In this document: positions 16,938-25,453 of the stretch, one piece after another
How positions within the stretch are numbered: the first letter of the stretch is position 1
How the letters are laid out: each line of letters begins with the position of its first letter
Source of the DNA: an uncultured Candidatus Izemoplasmatales bacterium
GTDB taxonomy: Bacteria; Bacillota_I; Bacilli_A; Izemoplasmatales; Hujiaoplasmataceae
Length of the DNA: 31,395 nt
Direction: 5' to 3'
Assembly: GCA_964519115.1 (NCBI GenBank)
Contig: CAZFHR010000002.1
Location: 1-31,395 of the forward strand
Translations under genes and position numbers: made by a program
Notes under the pieces: generated by a model
The model's input: only the letters and a program-made list of their open reading frames with translations
Told to the model about the DNA's origin: nothing
Databases searched by the model: none

Positions 16938-17906
16938 TTATTTCTTTTCCTGCTTGATGATCGGCGTGAGCGATTCGACGACGCCGGTGGCGAGACCGAC
17001 GAGTCCCTGCAACTGCGACGGAATGATGATCTTGGTGGCTTGCCCATCGGCGACTTTTTCCATCGCTTTGTAGGCTTCCAGCGTCAGGAACGCTTGGCTG
17101 GCATTGGCATTGTTGATGAGTTCGATGCCTTTCGCGGTCGCCAACTGAACTTTCAAAATCGCTTCGGCGCGGCCTTCCGCTTCGCGGATGGCAGCTTCCT
17201 TTTTGGCTTCCGCCCGGAGGATGGCCGACAGCTTTTCACCTTCGGCATCCAGAATGGCGGCGGCCTTACGGCCTTCGGCGATCAGAATGGATTCACGACG
17301 TTCACGTTCCGCACGCATCTGTTTTTCCATTGCTTCGCGGATTTCTTTCGGCGGGATGATGTTCTTGACTTCGACGCGGTTGATCTTGATGCCCCACGGG
17401 TCGGTGGCAAGATCAAGAATGATGCGCATTTTCTCGTTGATCAGGTCGCGGCTCGTCAGCGTTTCATCGAGTTCGAGATCGCCGATGATGTTACGGAGCG
17501 TGGTGGCCGTCAGATGTTCGATCAGAAGGCCGGGATTGTCGGCGCCGTACACGAAGAGTTTGGAGTCCGTGATCTGCATGAAGACGACGGTGTCGATCTG
17601 CATCGTGACGTTGTCCTTGGTGATGACGGCCTGCGGAACAAAGTCGAGAACCTGTTCCTTGAGGGTGATGACATCACTGATCTGGCCGTGAGTATTAAAC
17701 GCTTTTTTGACCCGATCCATGAACGGTACCAGGAAATGCACGCCGGCATTCCAGGTTGTGAAATAGCGGCCCCAACGTTCGATGACGTACTGGGTGGCCT
17801 GCGGCACGACGCGGACGCGGCTGCCGATGTAAACGATCACGAGCACAAGAACGATGATCAGTGCCCAAATGCCAATGTCGGATGCTAAAAATACGGGATG
17901 CAACAT
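16938..17906 (-). CDS. SPFH/band 7 (stomatin/QmcA-like) membrane protein
   Basis: N-terminal TM, VIERWGRY, VITKDNVTMQID, TTLRNIIG, DPWGIKINRVE and MEKQMRAERERR; RBS AGGAGG. Confidence 0.93.
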   Translation of the reverse strand: MLHPVFLASDIGIWALIIVLVLVIVYIGSRVRVVPQATQYVIERWGRYFTTWNAGVHFLVPFMDRVKKAFNTHGQISDVITLKEQVLDFVPQAVITKDNVTMQIDTVVFMQITDSKLFVYGADNPGLLIEHLTATTLRNIIGDLELDETLTSRDLINEKMRIILDLATDPWGIKINRVEVKNIIPPKEIREAMEKQMRAERERRESILIAEGRKAAAILDAEGEKLSAILRAEAKKEAAIREAEGRAEAILKVQLATAKGIELINNANASQAFLTLEAYKAMEKVADGQATKIIIPSQLQGLVGLATGVVESLTPIIKQEKK

Positions 17907-18025
17907 TTTTATTTCCTCCTATGAGTTTTTTTGATTCTACTATCGGATGAACCGCCGCATTGTTCCGGAGCAGGCGGCGTAAAGTCAAAAACTCCGGAAA
18001 AAGATGGGTGATGACACAGATGGAA

Positions 18026-18694
18026 TCAATAACCGTATCCGGTCTTGACGACTTCCATCTTCAGCAAGATGTCGCGGAGCGTGGCCTTCTTTTTCGTAAA
18101 CGAAATCAGGATGAAATCGATCACGAAGGATAGAAGCAAGAGGGCGGCGCCAGCAAGCATCGAAACCGAGAAGACGAGAACGACGAAGAAATATTTGAGA
18201 ACGACGTCGTGAAAGAAGATCGAGGCTGGATTCACGGGACCCGAAAGCCGGATCTGCATGATCCTGCGACCGACGGTCTTGGCTCCGGTCGCCACCGCAT
18301 AGACGGCGGTAAGAATCAGGAATCCAATCGCGAAATAATAGATGACGGTCATATAATAGCCCGTCAGCGGGGCATCATACGGCTGGATGTCGGCTGAATG
18401 CTGGGCATCGAGAACCGCCTTGGCGGTCGAATAGCGCGCAAGCGCTTCGGCCTTGAGCGTCTCGCTGTCGCCGGCCAGTTCGACTTCGGCGTCGTAATCG
18501 GCGACGAGGACGTTAAAATCCATTTCATAAGCATCGACGAGCTCGTTATAGGCTTCGTTGATGGTATTGAAATCAGCGACGCGGTTTTGGAGGATCGTCC
18601 GTCCGCCGATGATGAAGGTGAGATAGACGACGAGCATGACGATGACGAGGTCGACGAGCGACGCGAAAGATCTTTTGATGAATCCGGCATTCAT
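18026..18694 (-). CDS. RDD-family membrane protein with a helical extracytoplasmic insert
   Basis: N-terminal KRSFASLVD (R..A.L.D), GAKTVGRRIMQIR and C-terminal TLRDIL; ATGA overlap with nfeD. Confidence 0.75.
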   Translation of the reverse strand: MNAGFIKRSFASLVDLVIVMLVVYLTFIIGGRTILQNRVADFNTINEAYNELVDAYEMDFNVLVADYDAEVELAGDSETLKAEALARYSTAKAVLDAQHSADIQPYDAPLTGYYMTVIYYFAIGFLILTAVYAVATGAKTVGRRIMQIRLSGPVNPASIFFHDVVLKYFFVVLVFSVSMLAGAALLLLSFVIDFILISFTKKKATLRDILLKMEVVKTGYGY

Positions 18695-19149
18695 TGTTGT
18701 TTACGTACCACGAGTTTCACGCCTTCAATGGCCAAAACTTCCACTTTCTGATTGATTTCGATCGTTTCATTGGCGACGGCGGTCCAGATTTTCCCATCGA
18801 TCGTGACTTCGCCGCGTTGATCAAGGGCGATGGCTTTGACGCAGATGGCGACTTTTCCGACCAAGCGGTCGGCATTGGTCCGGACTTCGTTCTTTTTGAT
18901 GAAGGACTGGAACACCGGACGAAGCATGATCAACATGGCGGCCGAAGCCACGATGAAGACGGAAATCTGCGCAATCATCGAGCCGGTTCCTCCGCCGAAA
19001 ATGACGGCGACGAGCAACGCCAGAAATGCGCCTCCCGAGAACCAGATGCTGGTAAGGTCCATCGTCGAGGCTTCGATGATGGCGGCAATGATGATGACGG
19101 CGAACCAGATGACGACCATCAAATCGCCGTTAGACAGTAAGGTGAGCAT
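18691..19149 (-). CDS. Short NfeD-family protein (TM plus OB fold)
   Basis: IWFAV..AAIIEA....SIWF.GGA, LVGKVA, GEVTIDGKIWTA and VEVLAIEGVKLVV. Confidence 0.88.
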   Translation of the reverse strand: MLTLLSNGDLMVVIWFAVIIIAAIIEASTMDLTSIWFSGGAFLALLVAVIFGGGTGSMIAQISVFIVASAAMLIMLRPVFQSFIKKNEVRTNADRLVGKVAICVKAIALDQRGEVTIDGKIWTAVANETIEINQKVEVLAIEGVKLVVRKQQ

Positions 19150-19153
19150 GTTT

Positions 19154-19537
19154 TTACCCCTCTCTGTGTTTCAAATCGATGATTAGCGCGTTGTCTTTCG
19201 GATTCCAGACGGCCTTGAACTTGTAAAACTGGCTGTCTCCGAACTCGAGACCCGAAAGCGCGGCCGCTTCTTGTACGAATTGCTTGTTGCAGATGCGAGA
19301 ATAACTAGACTTGACCGTGATGTTGTGCTGTTGTTCTTCCGGGATGAAACCGAGGGATACTTCTTCTTTGGTCACCGGTTTGACGGCGATCTGACAGTGT
19401 TCCCGATCCAATCCGAGAAGAACGACATAAGCCGACTCGAAGTACGAGCTCGCCGATTTGTTCAGCGTGATGTTCGCTTCATAGATCGTGGCGATGTCGT
19501 CGAGCGGCTTTTTGGACGCCCAGATGAAATTGGCCAT
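19154..19537 (-). CDS. Soluble hypothetical protein (127 aa)
   Basis: ATG 19537 behind GGAGG (19546-19550), its own promoter, and a stop 4 nt before the nfeD start. Confidence 0.8.
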   Translation of the reverse strand: MANFIWASKKPLDDIATIYEANITLNKSASSYFESAYVVLLGLDREHCQIAVKPVTKEEVSLGFIPEEQQHNITVKSSYSRICNKQFVQEAAALSGLEFGDSQFYKFKAVWNPKDNALIIDLKHREG

Positions 19538-19578
19538 GCTTTCAACCTCCATTATATATCGAAACTCTTACACCTATC

Positions 19579-19607
19579 AGTATATCACGGATATTTCGAA
19601 TTATCAA
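19579..19607 (-). promoter_or_regulatory. Sigma-A promoter of the hypothetical-nfeD-RDD unit
   Basis: Minus strand TTGATA-N17-TATACT with a TGn extension. Confidence 0.75.
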
Positions 19608-19610
19608 GAG

Positions 19611-19639
19611 TTATTTTCGATTATTTTCGATTATTTTGA
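19611..19639. repeat. 10-bp tandem repeats between divergent promoters
   Basis: TTATTTTCGA x2 plus TTATTTTGA, and a degenerate ATATTTCGAA at 19591-19600. Confidence 0.8.
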
Positions 19640-19651
19640 CGGGTGGAGGCG

Positions 19652-19680
19652 TTTACAAACCCTCAATTATCCGGTATAAT
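19652..19680 (+). promoter_or_regulatory. Sigma-A promoter of the ttcA-like gene
   Basis: TTTACA-N17-TATAAT. Confidence 0.75.
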
Positions 19681-19705
19681 AGACAATGCATCCCGAGGTG
19701 AACCT

Positions 19706-20521
19706 ATGCGCGAGTTTACGGAAAAAGACGTCATCGAACGCAGTTTGATGAAAACGTTCAAAGGCCCCATCTATTCCAAATTCATCGAAGCGCTTGATCA
19801 GTATGCGATGATTTCAGCCGGTGACAAAATCGCCGTGGCGATGTCGGGCGGCAAGGACAGCCTGCTTCTGGCGAAGCTGTTTCAGGAATTCAAGCGGCAT
19901 GGCGGCATTCCCTTCGATCTCGTCTTCATGACGATGGATCCGGGATATGAAACCGAGAAGATCGAGCGCCACGTGTCGACCTGCAAGCGGATCGGCATCG
20001 ACGTCGAGGTAGTGAAAACGACGATCTTTCAAATCACCGAAGATCTTGCCGGCGACGACCCCTGTTTCCTGTGTGCACGGATGCGCAGGGGCGCTCTATA
20101 TAAACTCGCACAGGAGCGCGGATGCAACAAGCTCGCGCTGGGCCATCATTTCGACGATGTTATCGAAACAACCCTGCTGAACATCTTCTACGCCGGCTGT
20201 TTCAAAACGATGATGCCCAAGGTGCGATCGGCCAATTATGCAGAAATGGAACTGATCCGACCCATGTATCTGGTGAAGGAAAAGGACATCATCCGGTTCA
20301 TGAATTACAATAAACTGGAAGCGATGGACTGCGGGTGCCGGTTTGTCGCCCGGCGGACCGACGCCAAACGCGCCGAAATCAAGAAACTGATTGAATCGCT
20401 TCGAAAAATCTATAAGAATATCGACATCAATATTTTTCGCAGCGCCGAGAATGTGAATCTGGAAAGCGTCCTCGGATATTACGACGACGAGCGGCGGCAC
20501 CGGTTTCTCGACGACTATTGA
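19706..20521 (+). CDS. ttcA: tRNA 2-thiocytidine biosynthesis TtcA-family protein
   Basis: PP-loop SGGKDS, CFLC..MRRG, LGHHFDD, IRPM and CGC. Start set at ATG 19706 behind GAGGTG. Confidence 0.82.
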   Translation: MREFTEKDVIERSLMKTFKGPIYSKFIEALDQYAMISAGDKIAVAMSGGKDSLLLAKLFQEFKRHGGIPFDLVFMTMDPGYETEKIERHVSTCKRIGIDVEVVKTTIFQITEDLAGDDPCFLCARMRRGALYKLAQERGCNKLALGHHFDDVIETTLLNIFYAGCFKTMMPKVRSANYAEMELIRPMYLVKEKDIIRFMNYNKLEAMDCGCRFVARRTDAKRAEIKKLIESLRKIYKNIDINIFRSAENVNLESVLGYYDDERRHRFLDDY

Positions 20522-20552
20522 TATCATATCTCAAGGAAATGATGGTTTGGTG

Positions 20553-20579
20553 AAAAAAAAGCAGTTTCGGCTGCTTTTT
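20553..20579. terminator. Bidirectional terminator between ttcA and mnmE
   Basis: A8-GCAG-loop-CTGC-T5. Confidence 0.75.
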
Positions 20580-20587
20580 CCTTTCAT

Positions 20588-20603
20588 GGTTTCACGTGAA
20601 ACC
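20588..20603. promoter_or_regulatory. parS-like centromere site
   Basis: Perfect 16-bp palindrome GGTTTCACGTGAAACC. The inner 14 bp match the parS consensus TGTTNCACGTGAAACA. It directly abuts the mnmE stop. Confidence 0.78.
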
Positions 20604-21953
20604 TTATTTTCCCAAACAGAAGCGGGAGAAGAGCGCATTGATCAGGGATTCGCTTCCGGTTTCGCCCGTGATTTCGCCAAGCGATTCCCAAGCTCTCCGG
20701 ACGTCGATTTCGATCATATCCACCGGCAATCGGCGCGCACAGGCGCCAAGGGCGTCCGCAATGGCCGCGCCAGCCTCGCGAAGTTTGCCGATATGGCGGA
20801 CGTTGGCGATCAATACATCGCCGGAAGCGATGATCTGCTCGTCGACGAACAGGCGTTTGACTTCCGTTTCGAGCGCTTCGATGCCGGTATGGTCTTTGGC
20901 GGATACGTCGATCATGGGTACGCCGCCGGCGTCGGCGTATTTGCCCAGGTCAACCTTGTTGCCAACGACAATCCGAACCCGATCTTTGGTCGTTGCCAGA
21001 AGCTTGGCATCCATTTCCGTCAGTGAACGGCTCTGATCTAGGACGAGAAGAATCAGATCGGCTTCCGCCATCGCCTTGCGGCTGCGGGCGATGCCGATGC
21101 TTTCTACGACATCGTCGGTATCACGGATACCGGCCGTATCGATCAGTTTAAGGACGATTCCACCAAGATTGAGTTCCCCCTCAACGAGGTCGCGGGTAGT
21201 TCCCGGCACCTCGGTCACGATGGCTTTTTCTTCGCGAAGCAAGGTGTTCAGGAGGCTGGACTTGCCAACATTGGGCTTGCCGACGATGACCCCCTTGACG
21301 CCTTCGCGGACGATGCGTCCGGTTTCTGATTTCTTTAGTGTGGAGGCGATGCGATTACCAATAGCTTCGAGCTGGGGCGCCAAAACCACATTCGTCATGA
21401 CAACCGCATCATCATATTCGGGGTAGTCGATGTTCACTTCGATGGCGGCGACAATAGCCAGAATATCTTGTTGCAAGGCGTTTACGAGTGCCGAAACACG
21501 GCCATCCAGGCCCTGATTGGCGATATGAAGCTGTGTCGCGGTTTTGGCATTGATCACATCCATCACGCTTTCGGCCTGTGACAAATCGATCCGGCCGTTC
21601 AAATAGGCGCGTTTTGTGAATTCGCCAGGTTCGGCAAGCCGACAACCGCTTGCTATGAGTAGTGCGACGATTTTTTCCGGAATCAAAAAACCGCCGTGAG
21701 TACTGATCTCAACGACGTTTTCGACGGTGAATGATTTCGGTTCGCGGAAGACGGCGACCATGACTTCGTCGACGACATTTCCGTCTTCGACGATATGACC
21801 GTACGTCACGGTATGGCTCGCGACGACATTCAGGTCGCGGCCGCGGAAAATTGAAGCAACGGCAGAAATGGCGTCGCTTCCTGATACGCGGACGACATTG
21901 ATGGCGCTCATTCCGCGGAGCGTCGCGATTCCGACGATGGTATCAAACAACAT
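20604..21953 (-). CDS. mnmE: tRNA U34 modification GTPase MnmE (TrmE)
   Basis: DTIVGIAT, PGEFTKRAYLNGRIDL, G1 GKPNVGKSS, DTAG, NKVD and C-terminal FCLGK. The start is uncertain (GTG 21962, ATG 21959 or ATG 21953). Confidence 0.96.
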   Translation of the reverse strand: MLFDTIVGIATLRGMSAINVVRVSGSDAISAVASIFRGRDLNVVASHTVTYGHIVEDGNVVDEVMVAVFREPKSFTVENVVEISTHGGFLIPEKIVALLIASGCRLAEPGEFTKRAYLNGRIDLSQAESVMDVINAKTATQLHIANQGLDGRVSALVNALQQDILAIVAAIEVNIDYPEYDDAVVMTNVVLAPQLEAIGNRIASTLKKSETGRIVREGVKGVIVGKPNVGKSSLLNTLLREEKAIVTEVPGTTRDLVEGELNLGGIVLKLIDTAGIRDTDDVVESIGIARSRKAMAEADLILLVLDQSRSLTEMDAKLLATTKDRVRIVVGNKVDLGKYADAGGVPMIDVSAKDHTGIEALETEVKRLFVDEQIIASGDVLIANVRHIGKLREAGAAIADALGACARRLPVDMIEIDVRRAWESLGEITGETGSESLINALFSRFCLGK

Positions 21954-21969
21954 GGGCATCACCGTAAAT

Positions 21970-22002
21970 ATTCTATCATATCCGGCTTAAATATTGTATA
22001 AT
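21970..22002. promoter_or_regulatory. Overlapping divergent promoters of mnmE and the membrane hypothetical
   Basis: Minus-strand TGATAGAAT (21970-21978) and plus-strand TATAAT (21997-22002) in a 48-bp gap. Confidence 0.6.
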
Positions 22003-22019
22003 ACTTCTGGGTGATGAAC

Positions 22020-22502
22020 ATGAAAAAACGGCATCTGAAACCGTGGACATTCTACGCTTTTTTATTTTTAGCTTCACTTTTGATTTTGGGTGGATATACC
22101 CTTTATCGCTATTTTACCAGTACCGTCGAAAGCGGCGACATCTGGAATTTGATCGTCCTGCCGGTTCTCTTCACCGGGATGTATCTTCTGGGGGACTATG
22201 TCATGCAGAAAATCGCGGACAAAAAGAAAAAAGTCAACTATGAAGAACAATATCTTGAAGCAATCGGCGAACGGATGCGAGTTTCAAAACAATTTTTAAT
22301 TGAGGATTTCCGTCGACTCAAAGAAAATCAAAAATTCCAAGCCGCTTTGAAATACGGATACTTCATCGTGCAAAACGGCGAGAACGACAAAATATCGGTT
22401 AGCCACCTTGAAAAGAAATTTGACTCACGAACGCTGGAAGGCAAAGCGCTGATCTTCGTCACGGCTTATGTTCGCGAGAAAACGGCCGAGAAACAGAAAT
22501 AA
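22020..22502 (+). CDS. Hypothetical membrane protein (two TM segments, charged C-domain)
   Basis: Open frame with two hydrophobic segments. The start is ATG 22020 behind GGGTGA, or GTG 22011. Confidence 0.72.
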   Translation: MKKRHLKPWTFYAFLFLASLLILGGYTLYRYFTSTVESGDIWNLIVLPVLFTGMYLLGDYVMQKIADKKKKVNYEEQYLEAIGERMRVSKQFLIEDFRRLKENQKFQAALKYGYFIVQNGENDKISVSHLEKKFDSRTLEGKALIFVTAYVREKTAEKQK

Positions 22503-22556
22503 CCATACCTAAAAACGTCGATTTCGGGTATAATATGGAATACGGGAGTTGGAAAA

Positions 22557-23252
22557 ATGCAGGTGTTGCACGGCGTCGGGCTGCATCGCGGATTGGCATC
22601 CGGAATCGTACATAAATACATTCCCGGTCTGGATGGCGAACCCGCCTTTGATTTATTAATAAATCAAAAAGAAGTATTGCAAATGGCACTATCCGTGAGT
22701 ACGGCCGACTTGGAAGCGGCGGTCGCCGCAGCCGGCCCGGAAACGGACGGTACCATCCGGATGATTTTCGAGGCTCACAAACTGATGGTGAACGATCCGA
22801 TCCTCCTGGACGCCGCTTACGAGGCGATCGAGACGGGGAAGCCGGCTTATCGCGCCTATCAGGCCGCGGCGCAAGCGATCATCCGGCAATTCCGAGTTCT
22901 GAAAAACGAATATATGCGCAACCGCGTGATCGACATCATCGACGCGACGGATCGCGTTCTGCACGCCATCGTTTCTGCCGAATATAGTCAGGAATTTCAT
23001 TTTGCCGAACCGCGCATCCTTGTCATGGACCAGATGCGTCCGTCCGTCATCCTCAATTGTCAGAAACCCCATATCGGCGGATTCATCGCCGAAGCGGGAA
23101 CCTTTGATCAGCATTCAACCATAATTGCCAGATCGAAAGACATTCCCGCCGTGATTTTCCCCCAAGCGATGGCGATGCTTCGCGACGGCGATTACGTAAC
23201 CATCGATGGCAACGACGGAACGATCACAATCGCTCCGGTTCAGATTCCCTAA
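22557..23252 (+). CDS. Stand-alone PTS enzyme I N-terminal domain (HPr-binding plus phospho-His domain) with no PEP-binding domain
   Basis: EI-like LHGVGLHRGLASG, IFEAHKLMVNDP, NEYMRNRVIDIID, AGTFDQHSTIIARSKDIPAV and DGDYVTIDGNDG. It ends at 231 aa. -10 TATAAT at 22529-22534. Confidence 0.85.
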   Translation: MQVLHGVGLHRGLASGIVHKYIPGLDGEPAFDLLINQKEVLQMALSVSTADLEAAVAAAGPETDGTIRMIFEAHKLMVNDPILLDAAYEAIETGKPAYRAYQAAAQAIIRQFRVLKNEYMRNRVIDIIDATDRVLHAIVSAEYSQEFHFAEPRILVMDQMRPSVILNCQKPHIGGFIAEAGTFDQHSTIIARSKDIPAVIFPQAMAMLRDGDYVTIDGNDGTITIAPVQIP

Positions 23253-23284
23253 TCACATTTGCAAGACGAAAGGAGTCGCGGGCA

Positions 23285-25129
23285 ATGAGCTATAAAGCCT
23301 TGTATCGCACCTACCGGCCGATCGATTTTACTGAAGTCGCCGGACAAAGCCGCATCACCACGACCCTAAAAAACGCGCTGGCTTCCGGCAAAGTCGCTCA
23401 TGCGTATCTTTTCAGCGGACCGCGCGGAACCGGCAAGACTTCCATTGCGAAAATTTTGGCCAAGGCCGTCAATTGCGAACACGCACCGACCGAAAACCCC
23501 TGCAACGTCTGCCCGAACTGCCTTGGCATTCAGGACGGGTCGATCAATGACGTCATCGAAATCGACGCCGCCAGCAATAATGGCGTCGACGAAATTCGCG
23601 AAATCCGCGATAAAGTTAAATATCTTCCCGGCTATGTCAAGTTCAAGGTATACATCATCGACGAGGTTCACATGCTTTCGGCGGGGGCTTTCAACGCTCT
23701 GCTGAAGACGCTAGAAGAACCACCGGCCCACGTCATCTTCATTCTTTGCACGACCGAACCGCAAAAAATCCCGCTGACGATCCATTCGCGATGCCAGCGC
23801 TTTGACTTCAAAGCCATCACGCCGACAGAAATCGTCGGGAAGATGCACGAAGTCATCGAGAAAGAACACATCAACATCGAAGAGCCGGCCATCGAACAGA
23901 TCGCCGTTTATGCCGAAGGCGGCCTTCGCGACGCCTTGAGCCTTCTCGATCAGGCATTTTCCTTTAGCCCGAAACTGATTACGCTCGACGATGTCAATCA
24001 GATCTGCGGCGCCGTTTCTTTCGGCAAACAAATGGAAATCGTTCAAGAACTGTGGCAAATGGACGCGGCGCAGGCGATCAAAGCATTGGATGAACTGATC
24101 GCAGCGGGAAAAGACGTCGCCAAGATCTGCCAAAATATGATTCAGTTTTATCGCGACATCCTCGTTTTTAAAAACGTCGGGTTCACCGAGGCGTCGTCAG
24201 GATTGAATAAGAACAACGAATTCGTTTCCCTGACCAAAGCGCTAAGCAATCGCCGGATATTCTTTTATCTCGAAATCCTGAACAAAGCTTCCGTCGATAT
24301 TCGCTGGAGCAATAACCCGCGACTCTATCTCGAACTAGCGTTCATAAAAATGACGGATGAAGAACCGGGAAGCGACGCCAGGCTGGAACAAACCATCAAC
24401 GATTTGGAAACGCGGTTGGAACGAGTGGAAAAAACGGGAGTTCAGAAACCCGAACAAATCGCCAAGCCGATGGCAGATCTTACAGAAACCCTTGTGATCC
24501 AGACGCCGAATCGGGATACAAAAACCGCACTTGAAACAGATGTAAAACGGCCAAACGAGGCGATATCCAGCCGTTTAAATGAAGCAACTAAAAACGCACC
24601 GAAAATCGATTTGGAATGTTCGGACTTAACCAAAACCTATCGAATCGAATTCATCGAAGAAGTTCTCAACAACGGGAACCGGAACGACAAAGCCGATCTC
24701 ATCAACAACTGGAATAAGATAACGAAAGTCAATTCAAGCGGACCTCACGCACAATATGCGTCCGTCTTTGCGACCGGACAGCTGGCCGCCAGTTCTACGG
24801 ACAAGATCATCGTTTGCTTTTCCGGCGCCGGTGCATGCAATCATCTGATGACGCCGGCCGCCAAAGCCGCCATGAAGATAGTTTTGAAGAATTCGTTTGG
24901 CCGGGACATCGACTACATCACCCTTCCGGAGGATCTTTTTCAATCCATATCGGACGAGTTCATGAATTTGTACCGTCAGGGCAAGCGCAACATCAAACTA
25001 TCGCCGATCGTATGCCCGGATCTTCGTGATGTGTCGGCGGAGTTGGAAGATAATAATTCTAAAAAAATCGAAAAAGTTGTCGCCGACGCCATCGATATAT
25101 TCGGCGACCTCGTGAAAGTGAAGCGGTGA
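23285..25129 (+). CDS. dnaX: DNA polymerase III subunit gamma/tau
   Basis: YKALYRTYRP, GPRGTGKTS, a four-Cys zinc site, EIDAASNNGVDEIR, IIDEVHML and TIHSRCQRF. Confidence 0.97.
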   Translation: MSYKALYRTYRPIDFTEVAGQSRITTTLKNALASGKVAHAYLFSGPRGTGKTSIAKILAKAVNCEHAPTENPCNVCPNCLGIQDGSINDVIEIDAASNNGVDEIREIRDKVKYLPGYVKFKVYIIDEVHMLSAGAFNALLKTLEEPPAHVIFILCTTEPQKIPLTIHSRCQRFDFKAITPTEIVGKMHEVIEKEHINIEEPAIEQIAVYAEGGLRDALSLLDQAFSFSPKLITLDDVNQICGAVSFGKQMEIVQELWQMDAAQAIKALDELIAAGKDVAKICQNMIQFYRDILVFKNVGFTEASSGLNKNNEFVSLTKALSNRRIFFYLEILNKASVDIRWSNNPRLYLELAFIKMTDEEPGSDARLEQTINDLETRLERVEKTGVQKPEQIAKPMADLTETLVIQTPNRDTKTALETDVKRPNEAISSRLNEATKNAPKIDLECSDLTKTYRIEFIEEVLNNGNRNDKADLINNWNKITKVNSSGPHAQYASVFATGQLAASSTDKIIVCFSGAGACNHLMTPAAKAAMKIVLKNSFGRDIDYITLPEDLFQSISDEFMNLYRQGKRNIKLSPIVCPDLRDVSAELEDNNSKKIEKVVADAIDIFGDLVKVKR

Positions 25130-25135
25130 CCGGAG

Positions 25136-25453
25136 ATGAGCCCGATGCTGGATCCACAAATGTTGAAAAAGCTTCAAAAAATGCAAGAAGATCTGAAAAA
25201 AGCGCAGGCAGAAATCAATGCCTCGATTTTTTACGGACAGGCCGGAGGATCGGTCGTCAAGGTCAGCGTCAAGGGAACCAAGGAAATTGTTTCGGTGGAT
25301 ATTAAGAAGGCCGAACTCGATATGAATGATGTCGAAATGCTCCAAGACCTTATCAAAGCGGCGCTGAATGATGCTTTTCGACGCGTAGACAAGGAAATTG
25401 AGGAAACGATGGGATCGTTGACCCAAGGAATTCGTTCCCCGGGGCGATTCTGA
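25136..25453 (+). CDS. ybaB: YbaB/EbfC nucleoid-associated protein
   Basis: QKMQEDL, GQAGGSVVKV and DVEMLQDLIKAALNDA; lies between dnaX and recR. Confidence 0.93.
   Translation: MSPMLDPQMLKKLQKMQEDLKKAQAEINASIFYGQAGGSVVKVSVKGTKEIVSVDIKKAELDMNDVEMLQDLIKAALNDAFRRVDKEIEETMGSLTQGIRSPGRF

Noticed and set aside
17953-17979. GC hairpin between the RDD and SPFH genes as a terminator
   Set aside because: There is no U-tract on either strand, so it was not called. It may be a processing or stabilising structure.
9055-19643. Longer upstream starts in the ORF track for ispE, spoVG, the AlkD-like gene, the WG protein, the 127-aa protein and ttcA
   Set aside because: They lack an RBS or overlap promoters and terminators. 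Downstream ATGs with clear Shine-Dalgarno sequences were used instead.
23250-23284. Frameshift or read-through that would restore a full enzyme I
   Set aside because: Only 32 nt separate the TAA from the dnaX start, leaving no room for a PEP-binding domain.
24428-24435. GAAAAAAC in dnaX near codon 381 as a gamma/tau frameshift site
   Set aside because: It is not a valid X XXY YYZ heptamer in frame, has only six A, and I see no stimulatory hairpin.
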